In this document: piece by piece, positions 8,344 to 18,218 of the stretch
Numbering within the stretch: position 1 is the first letter of the stretch
Layout of the letters: the number at the start of each line of letters is the position of its first letter
The notes under the pieces: model-generated
What the model was told of the DNA's origin: nothing
Databases searched by the model: none
Seen by the model: the letters and a program-made list of their open reading frames with translations, nothing else
Position numbers and translations under genes: made by a program
Assembly (NCBI RefSeq): GCF_043950625.1
Contig: NZ_CP171007.1
Strand: one strand, 5' to 3'
Length of the DNA stretch: 32,000 nt
Source of the DNA: Alkanindiges sp. WGS2144
GTDB taxonomy: Bacteria > Pseudomonadota > Gammaproteobacteria > Pseudomonadales > Moraxellaceae

Positions 8344-9762
8344 ATGGCGCGTCGTGAAAAAAACCTGAAAAAACCCGCTTACCAATACGATGCAATTGTA
8401 CTTGGAGCGGGTCCGGCTGGTGAAGGCGCTGCCATGAAGCTGTCCAAAGGCGGAAAAAAAGTCGCCATCATCGACCAGCGACAGCAGCTAGGAGGCAATT
8501 GTGCCCATGTTGGCACTATTCCCAGTAAAGCTTTACGTCAGACGGTATTTAATATTATGCGCTACCAGCGTGATCCGCTTTTTCAAAAGGTTGGGGAGTG
8601 GAAACAGGTGCCGTTATCCGAGGTACTCAAAAACGCAGAAAAAGTGATTCAGGCGCAGGTCGATACCCATACCCGTTTTTATGAGCGCAATGAAATTGAT
8701 GTGCATCATGGTCGGGCCTATGTGCAGGATGAGCATACCATTATTGTACATACGCTGGATGGTGGTAAGGAAACCTTAAGTTTTGATCAGTTGGTGATTG
8801 CCACTGGCAGCCGTCCATACCAGCCGGAAGGACTGGATTTTTCGCATCCGCGGGTTTTTGATAGCGATAAAATTTTAACTTTGAACTATCCTATCCATAA
8901 AATTATTGTGTATGGTGCTGGGGTCATTGGTTGTGAATATGCGTCTATCTTTATTGGACTGGATTATAAGGTCGACCTGATTAACACCCAGTCGCAGCTT
9001 TTAAATTATCTGGATGCCGAAATTTCTGATGCATTGTCTTATTATTTGCGCGAATTAGGGGTATTGATTCGTCACAAAGAGCAAATTGACCACCTGGAAA
9101 CCCATGATGACTATGTCGTTTTGCACCTGCAAAGTGGCAAGAAAATCAAAGCCGATGCCATTTTGTGGTGTAACGGACGTTCTGGTAATACCGACAACAT
9201 GGGTCTGGAAAATGTTGGTTTAACACCGAATAGCCGTGGACAACTGGCCGTTAACAATCAGTATCAAACCGCTGTGCCACATATTTATGCAGCAGGTGAT
9301 GTGATTGGCTGGCCGTCACTGGCTTCCGCGGCTTACGATCAGGGGCGCTGTGCTGCGGCCAACATGGTGGGTGAGCAGGATGTACAACCTGTGGTGCACG
9401 TGCCAACAGGCATATATACCATTCCTGAAATTTCTTCCATTGGTAAAACAGAACAGGAATTAACCGATGAGAAAGTACCTTATGAGGTTGGGCAGGCGTC
9501 ATTTAGGCATTTGGCGCGTGCGCAAATTACTGGTGAAACTGTGGGTGTTTTAAAAATCTTATTTCATCGTGAGACTTTAGAGATTCTTGGCATTCACTGT
9601 TTTGGCAATAACGCGGCAGAAATTATTCATATTGGACAGGCTGCCATGCTCAGCCAGAGTAATAACAGCCTGCATTATTTCGCCAATACTACGTTTAATT
9701 ATCCAACTATGGCAGAAGCATACCGGGTGGCCGCACTCAATGGCTTAAACCGACTATTTTGA
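8344..9762 (+). CDS. sthA: Soluble pyridine nucleotide transhydrogenase
   Basis: ATG at 8344 after AGGAGA; the TTG-extended track start at 8323 is rejected. Motifs are [10 protein letters not shown], the single-Cys [16 protein letters not shown] typical of SthA, and the C-terminus [23 protein letters not shown]. Confidence 0.93.
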   Translation: MARREKNLKKPAYQYDAIVLGAGPAGEGAAMKLSKGGKKVAIIDQRQQLGGNCAHVGTIPSKALRQTVFNIMRYQRDPLFQKVGEWKQVPLSEVLKNAEKVIQAQVDTHTRFYERNEIDVHHGRAYVQDEHTIIVHTLDGGKETLSFDQLVIATGSRPYQPEGLDFSHPRVFDSDKILTLNYPIHKIIVYGAGVIGCEYASIFIGLDYKVDLINTQSQLLNYLDAEISDALSYYLRELGVLIRHKEQIDHLETHDDYVVLHLQSGKKIKADAILWCNGRSGNTDNMGLENVGLTPNSRGQLAVNNQYQTAVPHIYAAGDVIGWPSLASAAYDQGRCAAANMVGEQDVQPVVHVPTGIYTIPEISSIGKTEQELTDEKVPYEVGQASFRHLARAQITGETVGVLKILFHRETLEILGIHCFGNNAAEIIHIGQAAMLSQSNNSLHYFANTTFNYPTMAEAYRVAALNGLNRLF

Positions 9763-9775
9763 GGATGCTAAAATT

Positions 9776-9813
9776 AAAAAAACCGATCAATAGAGGAGGG
9801 GGACATTGATCGG
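9776..9813 (-). terminator. Rho-independent terminator of the OmpW-like gene; the hairpin is shared with the convergent sthA
   Basis: Stem CCGATCAAT (9783-9791) / ATTGATCGG (9805-9813). On the minus strand it is followed by T7 (complement of A7 at 9776-9782). Confidence 0.75.
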
Positions 9814-9861
9814 CAAAGGGAAAGTCAGATTTTTTTAATAATTGTTTTAACGGCTACTGTG

Positions 9862-10950
9862 TTAGAAACGGTAGCCAATACCTAGATAAGTAATCACCGG
9901 ATTAATATCCACTGTAGTTTCTGAATCAATTAACTCAGAGTGATCTTTATCGCTGATGACCGAGATTTTGGCCTTGTTACTTAGTGCTGTATAGGATACT
10001 GAAGCAGTGCTAAACCAGCGATCATTAAAATCATAGGTAAAACCGGCAGTAGCAAAAGGCGCCAGGGTTGATTCTGCCTTAACCTTGACATAAGGATTAC
10101 CAGAAGAAGCCTCGCCAGACAGTGCTGCACCTGCTTTATTGTCCAGCACATTCTGGATTCGGTGGCCAGCAGCAATCAGGTCAGACTCCAGGCCTTTATT
10201 GAGCTTAATATCATCAAACCAGGCATACATGATGCCTAACCCTAAGTATGGACGGAACTTGTTAACACCGGTTTGTCCAAAATGGTATTGCAGCGTAGTT
10301 GCCGGTGTCCATGCTCGCACACTGGCCGCTTGCTCATAGCTATCCAGGTTGGTAATCTGCAGGTCTTTATATAGGTCAAAATTAATTAAGCCACCTGCTG
10401 CTGAGGCTTTGGCATGCAGTGGGGCAGTAATATTGCCTATCCCTTTTAAATTTACCTTGGGTGGAATACCGCCAATCACTTCGACAGCCACATGGTCGGT
10501 CAGAAAATAATTAAAAACCAGACCCAGCGCATCCACATCTTGTGCTTTTAAACCGGTGCCCTCGGCGCTCCACTGGTCTAAACCATAGATTTGAGAGTCT
10601 GCCCCAAGTGTTTTTAGTAAGTCTCCCGATACGACGCCTTTATTCAATCCTGCGGCGGTTTTTAAAGCAGCTTTAGTCACTGGATCAATATTTGTAGAAT
10701 TTTCCTCAATATCCTGATAACGAATGTCACCAATGCCTGTTGAGCGCCCTTCTTCAACCACCGTATTAATATTAATATTAATATTGTTGGGTTTTCCCTG
10801 TGGCATGACATGTAGCCAGCCTGCCGATACAGAAAAGCGCCTAAACCCATCACCTTCTTTAAAACTAAACCATGAAGCCTCTGCAAGTGCAGATTGCTGC
10901 AAAAATATCATGCTCAGTGGAAGTGCAAACTGAGCCAGACGGTTTCCCAT
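9862..10950 (-). CDS. OmpW-family outer-membrane beta-barrel protein with enlarged loops
   Basis: ATG at 10950 after GGAGA, with signal peptide MGNRLAQFALPLSMIFLQQSALA. OmpW-like blocks are present (FSVSAGWLHVMPQGK, KFRPYLGLGIMYAWF, DRWFSTASVSY, C-terminal GIGYRF). At about 360 aa it is longer than classical OmpW. Confidence 0.7.
   Translation of the reverse strand: MGNRLAQFALPLSMIFLQQSALAEASWFSFKEGDGFRRFSVSAGWLHVMPQGKPNNINININTVVEEGRSTGIGDIRYQDIEENSTNIDPVTKAALKTAAGLNKGVVSGDLLKTLGADSQIYGLDQWSAEGTGLKAQDVDALGLVFNYFLTDHVAVEVIGGIPPKVNLKGIGNITAPLHAKASAAGGLINFDLYKDLQITNLDSYEQAASVRAWTPATTLQYHFGQTGVNKFRPYLGLGIMYAWFDDIKLNKGLESDLIAAGHRIQNVLDNKAGAALSGEASSGNPYVKVKAESTLAPFATAGFTYDFNDRWFSTASVSYTALSNKAKISVISDKDHSELIDSETTVDINPVITYLGIGYRF
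10765..10785. repeat. In-frame hexanucleotide tandem repeat (ATTAAT) x3.5 inside the OmpW-like gene
   Basis: ATTAATATTAATATTAATATT encodes NINININ on the coding strand. Confidence 0.9.
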
Positions 10951-10970
10951 GCATATCTCCTTAGACGAGG

Positions 10971-11001
10971 GATGCTTAATCATTTTTTTTTATTAAGCAT
11001 C
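10971..11001 (-). promoter_or_regulatory. Perfect 10-bp hairpin with a homopolymer loop in the leader of the OmpW-like gene
   Basis: GATGCTTAAT (10971-10980) / ATTAAGCATC (10992-11001). The loop is CAT9 on the plus strand (A9TG on the mRNA strand). It ends 20 nt upstream of the ATG at 10950. Confidence 0.5.
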
Positions 11002-11300
11002 TTTTCGTACCGCCGGCATTAAAGCGAGATAGGCACATTAACAATATTTCAGATTTTTAAAGAAAACTGATCTTTATCACAAATTTGTAAATTAAGGTAA
11101 GTAAGGAAACTTCATGTGACTTAAGGAAAAACAGCCTATAATAAAAATAAGCAAATAAACTTTTAGTAAATCAGTACATAAATAGGGTTATTATTTAGGC
11201 TCATCACTTTCAAAAAGCGAATAAGAAACGTTTTGTTGATGTTTAGCAACATAATTTGGATAGTGTAAATTTTTATTTTGAGCTAAGAAATGGGACAAAC

Positions 11301-12539
11301 TTACCGATGATGAGACGATTGCCATTCTTGTTGTAAAGCGGCAATTGCCTGAATTCTGGCGGTGACCAGCGCCTCACCAATTTCAGCACCCTGAATGTGT
11401 GCAGGCAGGCTGGCCGCTCTAATGTTGCGTACCTGATGCATGGCTTGTTTCAGAAACTCTGCCTGAGGGTAAGGCTGGGCTTCCAGTCCCAGGCGGCCAC
11501 GGGTATCACATTCGCAGGCCTGAATAAATTCCTCTACCCGAACCGGACGGCGCAGTACATCCAGGCGTTGTAAAAGACGCCATATGGTACCCGCTCGTAG
11601 CTCCAGCACCTGATGGCATAGCAAATGCTCGCGGCATACCAGCTCAGCCAGTTGCTGATACTGAGCTGGAACCTTAAGCCGCTGGCACAGTGCTCTGATC
11701 GGTTCAATACCACGGGTTTCATGACCTGTATGGCGGGGTAAAATCTCAGCAGGAGTCAGTGCCTTGCCCAGATCATGGACCACTGTGGCAAAACGCACCC
11801 GGTCACTATACCCAGCTTCACAGGCACGTTGCAGGGTCATCAGGGTATGCACGCCGCTATCTACTTCAGGGTGATATTCTGGCCGTTGTGGTACACCAAA
11901 CAGGGCATCAAGTTCCGGCATAATGACTGCCAGCGCACCGCAGCTACGCAACACTTCAAAATACATATGAGCCTGGTTTTCAGTCAGGGCACGCTGGGTT
12001 TCCTTCCAGATTCGTTCAGGGATCAGGTGTTTTAATTCGCCCTGATCAACCAGTTGCTGCATAAGCGCCAGAGTTTCAGTGGCTACCTTAAAACCTAGTG
12101 GCGCGTAGCGAGCTGCAAAACGGGCAACCCGCAGCACACGTAGCGGATCTTCAATAAAAGCGGGGGAAACATGGCGCAAAATACGTTGCTGTAAATCTTG
12201 CTGGCCGCCATAGGGATCAATCAGTTGCCCATTGTCGCCAAGTGCCATGGCGTTTATGGTCAGGTCACGCCGGATGAGGTCGTCTTCCAGCGTTAGATCG
12301 GGCGAGGTGTAAAAGGTAAAGCCTCCATAGCCTACACCGGATTTACGTTCGGTTCTGGCCAGGGCATATTCTTCTTTGGTTTGTGGATGTAGGAAAACCG
12401 GAAAATCGCGACCAACTGGCAAATAGCCTTCGGCGAGCATTTGCTCAGGCGTACTTCCGACGACTACATAATCGCGTTCATTGACCTTAAGACCCAGCAA
12501 CTGATCCCGGACAGCGCCACCAACCAGAAAAACCTGCAT
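11301..12539 (-). CDS. cca: Multifunctional CCA-adding tRNA nucleotidyltransferase with HD domain
   Basis: N-terminus MQVFLVGGAVRD..., RDLTINA, and the HD-domain VHDLGK. 412 aa and colinear with E. coli Cca as remembered. Confidence 0.93.
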   Translation of the reverse strand: MQVFLVGGAVRDQLLGLKVNERDYVVVGSTPEQMLAEGYLPVGRDFPVFLHPQTKEEYALARTERKSGVGYGGFTFYTSPDLTLEDDLIRRDLTINAMALGDNGQLIDPYGGQQDLQQRILRHVSPAFIEDPLRVLRVARFAARYAPLGFKVATETLALMQQLVDQGELKHLIPERIWKETQRALTENQAHMYFEVLRSCGALAVIMPELDALFGVPQRPEYHPEVDSGVHTLMTLQRACEAGYSDRVRFATVVHDLGKALTPAEILPRHTGHETRGIEPIRALCQRLKVPAQYQQLAELVCREHLLCHQVLELRAGTIWRLLQRLDVLRRPVRVEEFIQACECDTRGRLGLEAQPYPQAEFLKQAMHQVRNIRAASLPAHIQGAEIGEALVTARIQAIAALQQEWQSSHHR

Positions 12540-12639
12540 TTAACAACCTGCTTTACATAGGGCAGAAGCAAACAGCCAAACCTTAGCGACTTATACGCTT
12601 TGTCTGACTGTGAGCATGAATGATTTCAACCAGCACGGG

Positions 12640-14931
12640 TTAGCTGACTTCTCCTGCTGCCTTTTTTTCAGTATGCTGAATCTCAGCCACAGTCAGGGCG
12701 GTCATATTGATAATACGGCGCGTGGTTGCTGTTGGGGTGAGTACGTGGACTGGTTTGGCAGCACCCAATAGGATAGGCCCTACAGTCACATTGTTGCCGG
12801 CTGTGGTTTTTAACAGGTTAAAGGCGATATTGGCTGCATCCAGATTTGGCATGATCAAGAGGTTGGCTGAACCCTTGTAGCGTGAATTTGGAAACTGTGC
12901 CAGGCGGATAGCTTCATCAATGGCTGCATCACCATGCATTTCACCTTCCACTTCCAGCTCAGGTGCCTGAACAGACAGTAACCGGAAGACTTCACGCATT
13001 TTTTCAGCACTGGCATCCTGTGCGCTGCCAAAACTTGAATGCGATAACAGAGCCACGCGAGGAACCAGACCAAAGCGTTTAACTTCTTCAGCTGCTAGCA
13101 AGGTCATTTCGGCCAGCTGTTCGGCAGTAGGCTCAGGGTTAACATAGGTATCTGCAATAAACAGGTTACGATCGCCCATCATCACTACGTTCATGGCATA
13201 CAGATTATTGATGCCTGCCTTGGTACCAATCACATCACGTACATAATCCAGATGCAGGTCATAATAACCAAAAGTACCGCAAATCATACCATCAGCGTAG
13301 CCAAAGTGGATGAGCAGGGCTCCGATCAGGGTGGTGCGGCGACGGGCTTCGCGTTTGGCTAGCTCAACCCCAATGCCACGGCGCTGCATGATGCTGTAAT
13401 AATGTTGCCAGAAATCCTTATAGCGGAAATCATCGTCCTGGTTGATCATTTCAAAGTCAACACCAGCCTGTAAGCGCAAGCCCTGTCTGGTGATATTTTT
13501 TTCAATGACTGCCGGGCGGCCCACCAAAATTGGCTTGGCCAGCCCTTCATCCACCAGAATCTGGGCGGCACGTAGCACGCGTTCATCCTCACCTTCACAA
13601 AATACAATACGCTTAGGATCGGTTTTTGCCTGGGCAAAGATGGGCTTCATCAAAAAGGCAGAGTTATAAACAAACTCGGACAGGCGCTGGCGATAAGCAG
13701 AAAAATCCTGGATAGGGCGGGTTGCTACGCCAGAATCCATGGCAGCCTTGGCAACTGCCGGGGCAATTTCCATAATCAGGCGAGGGTCAAGTGGCCCTGG
13801 AATTAAATAATCTCTGCCAAAAGTCTGTGCTTTCTCACCATAGGCGGCTGAATCCGGCTCAACATGTGCCATTTTGGCAATGGCATGCACGCAGGCAATT
13901 TTCATGGCTTCATTAATGGTGGTCGCACCGGAATCCAGTGCACCACGGAAAATATACGGGAAGCACAGGGCGTTATTTACCTGATTAGGATAGTCAGAAC
14001 GGCCGGTAGCAATAATAGCGTCAGGGCGGGCTTCACAGGCATGTTCCGGCAAAATTTCCGGATTTGGGTTGGCCAGGGCAAAAATGATGGGATCTTTGGC
14101 CATTTGCTTGACCATTTGCGGGGTCAAAATACCGGCGGCGGACAGACCCAGGAACATGTCAGCATCCTGAATCACCTCATGCAACTGGGTTTCCTGAATA
14201 TCCTGAGCATAGCGGGCTTTACTCTCATCCATGCTACCCAAACGTGCCGTAGTCAGCAGACCGCGTGAATCAGCCACGGTGATATTTTTGCGTTTTGCGC
14301 CTAATGCGCACAATAGATCCAGACATGAAATAGCAGCAGCGCCTGCACCGGAAGCAATAATTTTAATGTCTTGAATGTTCTTGCCTACAATTTCCAGTGC
14401 ATTGAGCAGGCCTGCACCTACAATAATACTGGTGCCATGCTGGTCGTCATGAAACACCGGAATATTCATGCGTTCACGCAGTTTCTGTTCAATATAAAAA
14501 CATTCCGGGGCTTTGATATCTTCCAGGTTAATACCACCAAAGGTAGGTTCCAGGGCAGCAATAATATCAACTATTTTGTCTGGATCATTTTCGGCAATTT
14601 CAATGTCAAATACATCAATACCAGCAAATTTTTTAAATAAAACCCCTTTACCTTCCATCACCGGCTTGGAAGCCAGTGGTCCAATATTACCCAGGCCCAG
14701 TACAGCCGTACCATTACTGATGACTGCTACCAGATTGCCGCGTGCGGTGTACAGTGCAGCTGTGGAGGGATCGCGCTCAATTTCAAGGCATGGCGCTGCA
14801 ACACCAGGAGAGTAAGCCAGGGCCAGGTCACGCTGGTTGGCTAGCTGCTTGCTTGGAGTGACGCTAATTTTGCCAGGCTGTGGAAACTCATGATAATGTA
14901 GCGCAGCTTTTTTTAATGCTTGATCATCCAT
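12640..14931 (-). CDS. maeB: NADP-dependent malic enzyme (malic enzyme plus PTA-like domain)
   Basis: The ATG at 14931 gives [22 protein letters not shown], matching the MaeB N-terminus; the TTG extension to 15003 is rejected. It contains YSPGVAAPC and FHDDQHGT and has a C-terminal phosphotransacetylase-like half. Confidence 0.93.
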   Translation of the reverse strand: MDDQALKKAALHYHEFPQPGKISVTPSKQLANQRDLALAYSPGVAAPCLEIERDPSTAALYTARGNLVAVISNGTAVLGLGNIGPLASKPVMEGKGVLFKKFAGIDVFDIEIAENDPDKIVDIIAALEPTFGGINLEDIKAPECFYIEQKLRERMNIPVFHDDQHGTSIIVGAGLLNALEIVGKNIQDIKIIASGAGAAAISCLDLLCALGAKRKNITVADSRGLLTTARLGSMDESKARYAQDIQETQLHEVIQDADMFLGLSAAGILTPQMVKQMAKDPIIFALANPNPEILPEHACEARPDAIIATGRSDYPNQVNNALCFPYIFRGALDSGATTINEAMKIACVHAIAKMAHVEPDSAAYGEKAQTFGRDYLIPGPLDPRLIMEIAPAVAKAAMDSGVATRPIQDFSAYRQRLSEFVYNSAFLMKPIFAQAKTDPKRIVFCEGEDERVLRAAQILVDEGLAKPILVGRPAVIEKNITRQGLRLQAGVDFEMINQDDDFRYKDFWQHYYSIMQRRGIGVELAKREARRRTTLIGALLIHFGYADGMICGTFGYYDLHLDYVRDVIGTKAGINNLYAMNVVMMGDRNLFIADTYVNPEPTAEQLAEMTLLAAEEVKRFGLVPRVALLSHSSFGSAQDASAEKMREVFRLLSVQAPELEVEGEMHGDAAIDEAIRLAQFPNSRYKGSANLLIMPNLDAANIAFNLLKTTAGNNVTVGPILLGAAKPVHVLTPTATTRRIINMTALTVAEIQHTEKKAAGEVS

Positions 14932-15068
14932 CTCGTTCTCTGGTTTTGCAAAGGTACCAACTAGCAATACTAGGGCTAGGGATACAGGGTTAAACAAGTG
15001 CAAAACTATACCACTAGATGCCCTGGATGTCAGGGGTTATCAATAGATTATCTGTGGACGGACAAGTT

Positions 15069-17984
15069 TTATGGGTTAGCCTGGGGTACGGTACAGGACA
15101 TAAACTTGTCCAGAGGTGGAGAGTCCTGTAAAAAAGCGGTGGCATCAGTGGAGTTAAGCGGTTTGCTAATCAGGTAGCCTTGTAGGATGTCACAGCCTTC
15201 CTGAGTTAAAAAATGGGCATGCTCGCAGGTTTCTACCCCTTCTGCCACCACCTGCATATTGAGGGAGTGTCCCATCGCCAAAATGGCGCGTACAATGGCT
15301 TCCTGATGGCGGTGCGTACCAATATTACTAATAAAAGACCGATCGATTTTTAAGACATCAATGGGGTAGTGACCCAGATAAGACAGGGAAGAATACCCGG
15401 TGCCAAAATCATCCAGGGCAATAGAAATATTACGTGCTTTTAGCTGCTGTAGAACGTCACTGGCAGCTTGAGAATTATCCATTAGGGACGATTCGGTGAT
15501 TTCCAGTTCGAGCGAGCGGGGGTTGATCTGGTAGGTTGCCATTACTTCATCAATTTCATCAATCAAATGACCGCGTTGAATTTGCTGTGCCACCACATTG
15601 ACCGATACCTTGATATTGCTAAAGCCCTGAGCTTCCCATTCCTTGATTTGCTGGCAGGTTTTTCTAAGTACCACTTCGCCAATATTAGAGATCAAGCTGG
15701 TCTCTTCAGCCAGAGGAATAAACTGTACGGGTGGCACTAGTCCATGCTCAGGGTGTTGCCAGCGTACCAGGGCCTCAAAGCCGCAAATTCCACGAGTCTT
15801 TACACAAATTTTGGGCTGGTAATAAACCACAAACTCATCATTAATCAGAGCCTTGCGTAGGGCGTTTTCCAGATGTACCCGGTTGCTGGCAGGCAATTGC
15901 TCATCTTTTGTATAGTAGCGTACGGTGCTACCACCAAGCCGTTTGGCCTCTTGCAGCGCTTTTTCCGCATGGTTGGACAGGCTATCAACCTGACGGCCAT
16001 GCTCAGGGAACAGGGCAATTCCCATGGAAACCGTAATAATCAGTTCCTGATCATTGACCACAAATGGCTGTTCAAAAGCCTGCATGATTTTTTTGCACTG
16101 GCTTTTTACATCAGCTCCCCTAAAGCGAAAACTTTCAAAAATAATGGCAAAATCATCCCCACCCAGACGCGCTACCATGAGCGCATCTACATTGATTAAA
16201 CGCAAACGCCGGGCCACCTGCTGCAACAGAATATCACCGCCGTCATTCTGCAAGGAGTCATTCAGGAAACGGAAGCGATCAATATTAAGTCGGAATAGTG
16301 CAAACTTTTCTTTCTTGTCACGGTTATTCATCATCAGCTGATGCAGCTGGGTTTTAAACAGATTGCGGTTAGGAAGATCAGTTAGCGTATCGTAGTTGGA
16401 TAAATAAGACAGACGCTGTTCAGCCTGTTTGCGCTGGGTAAGGTCGGACAAAATGCCAATATAATGAGTAATACTGCCCTTGTCATTGCGGATGCTATTA
16501 ATATGAATCCATAACGGCAGCTCTTGTCCATGCGCACCCTTTTCAATAATTTCACCCTCAAACTCACCTGTTTGCATGAGTTTTTTTAGGATTTCCGCAT
16601 GCTGTTTCTGGATTTTTTCAGGCTGACGGTGATAATGAAATACATGGGTGCCAATAAAATGCTGGCGTGGCAGCCCCATAATTTGCTCAAAGCAGGGATT
16701 TACATCCAGATAGTGCAGCTTACTATCCAGAATAAAAATACCTTCAGCTGCCCGCTCAAATACGCTGGCCGACAGCTTTAGGCGTTCTGCAACTATTTTT
16801 TCATCATTGATATTGCGGCGAATACCCACCATACGAAGTGGTCGCGCAGTTTTTGGGTGGCGCTGGATCACCCGACCCATATCCTGTACCCATACCCAGT
16901 AGCCCTGTTTGTGTCGTATGCGGTATACACTCTCGTATCGGCTGGTATGATTGCGCAGGTGTTCAGCAATGGCACGCTTTACTCCGGGGAAATCCTCGGG
17001 ATGAATCAAACGGCTAATATTGCCGATATAATCATTAATTTCCTCATTGCTATAACCCAGAATCTGGTCAAAGTTAGTGGTTAGTATGCTACGGTTTTTA
17101 ATGTCCCAGTCCCAGCTGCCAATACCGGCAGTCTGGTGAGCCATTTCCAGGCTTTGTTTAGAGCGCTCGAGGCTCAGGTTAATTTGCTGGATATCGAACG
17201 TTCGCTCTTTAACTTTTTCTTCCAGTCGCTGATTAGCTTGCTGTAATTTTTGTTCTACTGCGCGGCGTTCCAGCATTTCCTGTTCCAGTTGCTGGTAGGC
17301 CTGCTCGGTAATGCTGCGCTGGTGTTCAGCATGCTCAACCAGATTGTCATTGCGGATAACCAGCCAGGTGAGGCGTTCGCGGGTTTTGTATAAATGAAAA
17401 CCGCAAAATAGAACAAATAAAATATAGATGTCATTGATCAGAAAAAACGGATCATTAAGTAAAAACGTAGGCCAGTTGGTCAGCTGAATGGCCAAAATAG
17501 GCGACATACTGGTGAGTACCAGTAAATAAAAGCAGCGAATGCGTATGGTAAGACTGATCAGGCCAAGTAAATGTGAAAAAACTACGATAGTATCAAATAC
17601 ATAGAAATTTGGCGCTAATGGATCAAACCCAGAACTGTGGGTCAGTTGCAAACCCATGAGTATCTGACCTATGGCAATGATTAGACCAAATACGAATGCA
17701 TTGATTTGCAGGTAGATATCAATATAAAGATGTTTTGATTTAAAATTTTTGGAGGCCAGCTGATTATTTAAAATAGTGGATAAAACAATGAGTACGGTAG
17801 AGATCATGCACCAGCTGGCGAGATGCTGATAAGAAATAAGTGCCGAATCGTAATAAAACAGATAAGTCAGAATAAGCAGCCCAACCATGCCCAGCAACTG
17901 TAAGTTTTGATGCTGCTGGGTTTCTATGATCTGCATATTAAAGATACGCTCATACAGATTCTGTTCACTACGTTGCGCCATCAT
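15069..17984 (-). CDS. Membrane sensor PAS-PAS-GGDEF(degenerate)-EAL cyclic-di-GMP signalling protein
   Basis: The N-terminus has about seven hydrophobic segments, followed by a coiled coil and two PAS-like regions. The GGDEF domain carries GGDDF. The EAL domain has EALVRW, ELEITES, DDFGTGYSSL, KIDRSF, EGVE and QGY. The start is uncertain (ATG 17984/17981 with GGAG upstream; the track TTG at 18029 is rejected). Confidence 0.85.
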   Translation of the reverse strand: MMAQRSEQNLYERIFNMQIIETQQHQNLQLLGMVGLLILTYLFYYDSALISYQHLASWCMISTVLIVLSTILNNQLASKNFKSKHLYIDIYLQINAFVFGLIIAIGQILMGLQLTHSSGFDPLAPNFYVFDTIVVFSHLLGLISLTIRIRCFYLLVLTSMSPILAIQLTNWPTFLLNDPFFLINDIYILFVLFCGFHLYKTRERLTWLVIRNDNLVEHAEHQRSITEQAYQQLEQEMLERRAVEQKLQQANQRLEEKVKERTFDIQQINLSLERSKQSLEMAHQTAGIGSWDWDIKNRSILTTNFDQILGYSNEEINDYIGNISRLIHPEDFPGVKRAIAEHLRNHTSRYESVYRIRHKQGYWVWVQDMGRVIQRHPKTARPLRMVGIRRNINDEKIVAERLKLSASVFERAAEGIFILDSKLHYLDVNPCFEQIMGLPRQHFIGTHVFHYHRQPEKIQKQHAEILKKLMQTGEFEGEIIEKGAHGQELPLWIHINSIRNDKGSITHYIGILSDLTQRKQAEQRLSYLSNYDTLTDLPNRNLFKTQLHQLMMNNRDKKEKFALFRLNIDRFRFLNDSLQNDGGDILLQQVARRLRLINVDALMVARLGGDDFAIIFESFRFRGADVKSQCKKIMQAFEQPFVVNDQELIITVSMGIALFPEHGRQVDSLSNHAEKALQEAKRLGGSTVRYYTKDEQLPASNRVHLENALRKALINDEFVVYYQPKICVKTRGICGFEALVRWQHPEHGLVPPVQFIPLAEETSLISNIGEVVLRKTCQQIKEWEAQGFSNIKVSVNVVAQQIQRGHLIDEIDEVMATYQINPRSLELEITESSLMDNSQAASDVLQQLKARNISIALDDFGTGYSSLSYLGHYPIDVLKIDRSFISNIGTHRHQEAIVRAILAMGHSLNMQVVAEGVETCEHAHFLTQEGCDILQGYLISKPLNSTDATAFLQDSPPLDKFMSCTVPQANP

Positions 17985-18192
17985 GCTATACGTACTCCGG
18001 ATACGGGCTGATTGGCTGGTAAGGAGCAAGCAGTTTCTAACGTTGTTGGCGTAAAATTCAACATGTTTGTCCTAAATAATCTTCTTGATTTTGCATTGAA
18101 TAGGCGAATCAATGTTTGGTATTCCCTACCATATAATCCATATACCATAGCCGTTTGATTAATGAACTTCAATCGTTATACAAATATCTGTG

Positions 18193-18215
18193 CTTAAAAA
18201 AGCGGATTTTTTAAG
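18193..18215 (-). terminator. AT-rich hairpin just after rsmE, possible weak terminator
   Basis: CTTAAAAAA-GCGGA-TTTTTTAAG begins 3 nt after the rsmE stop. The stem is almost entirely A-T, so confidence is low. Confidence 0.3.
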
Positions 18216-18218
18216 TGA

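Noticed and set aside
14932-15068. The hairpin CCCTG-GATGT-CAGGG after the PAS-GGDEF-EAL gene, considered as a terminator.
   Set aside because: The stem is only 5 bp and has no adjacent U-tract, which is too weak to call.
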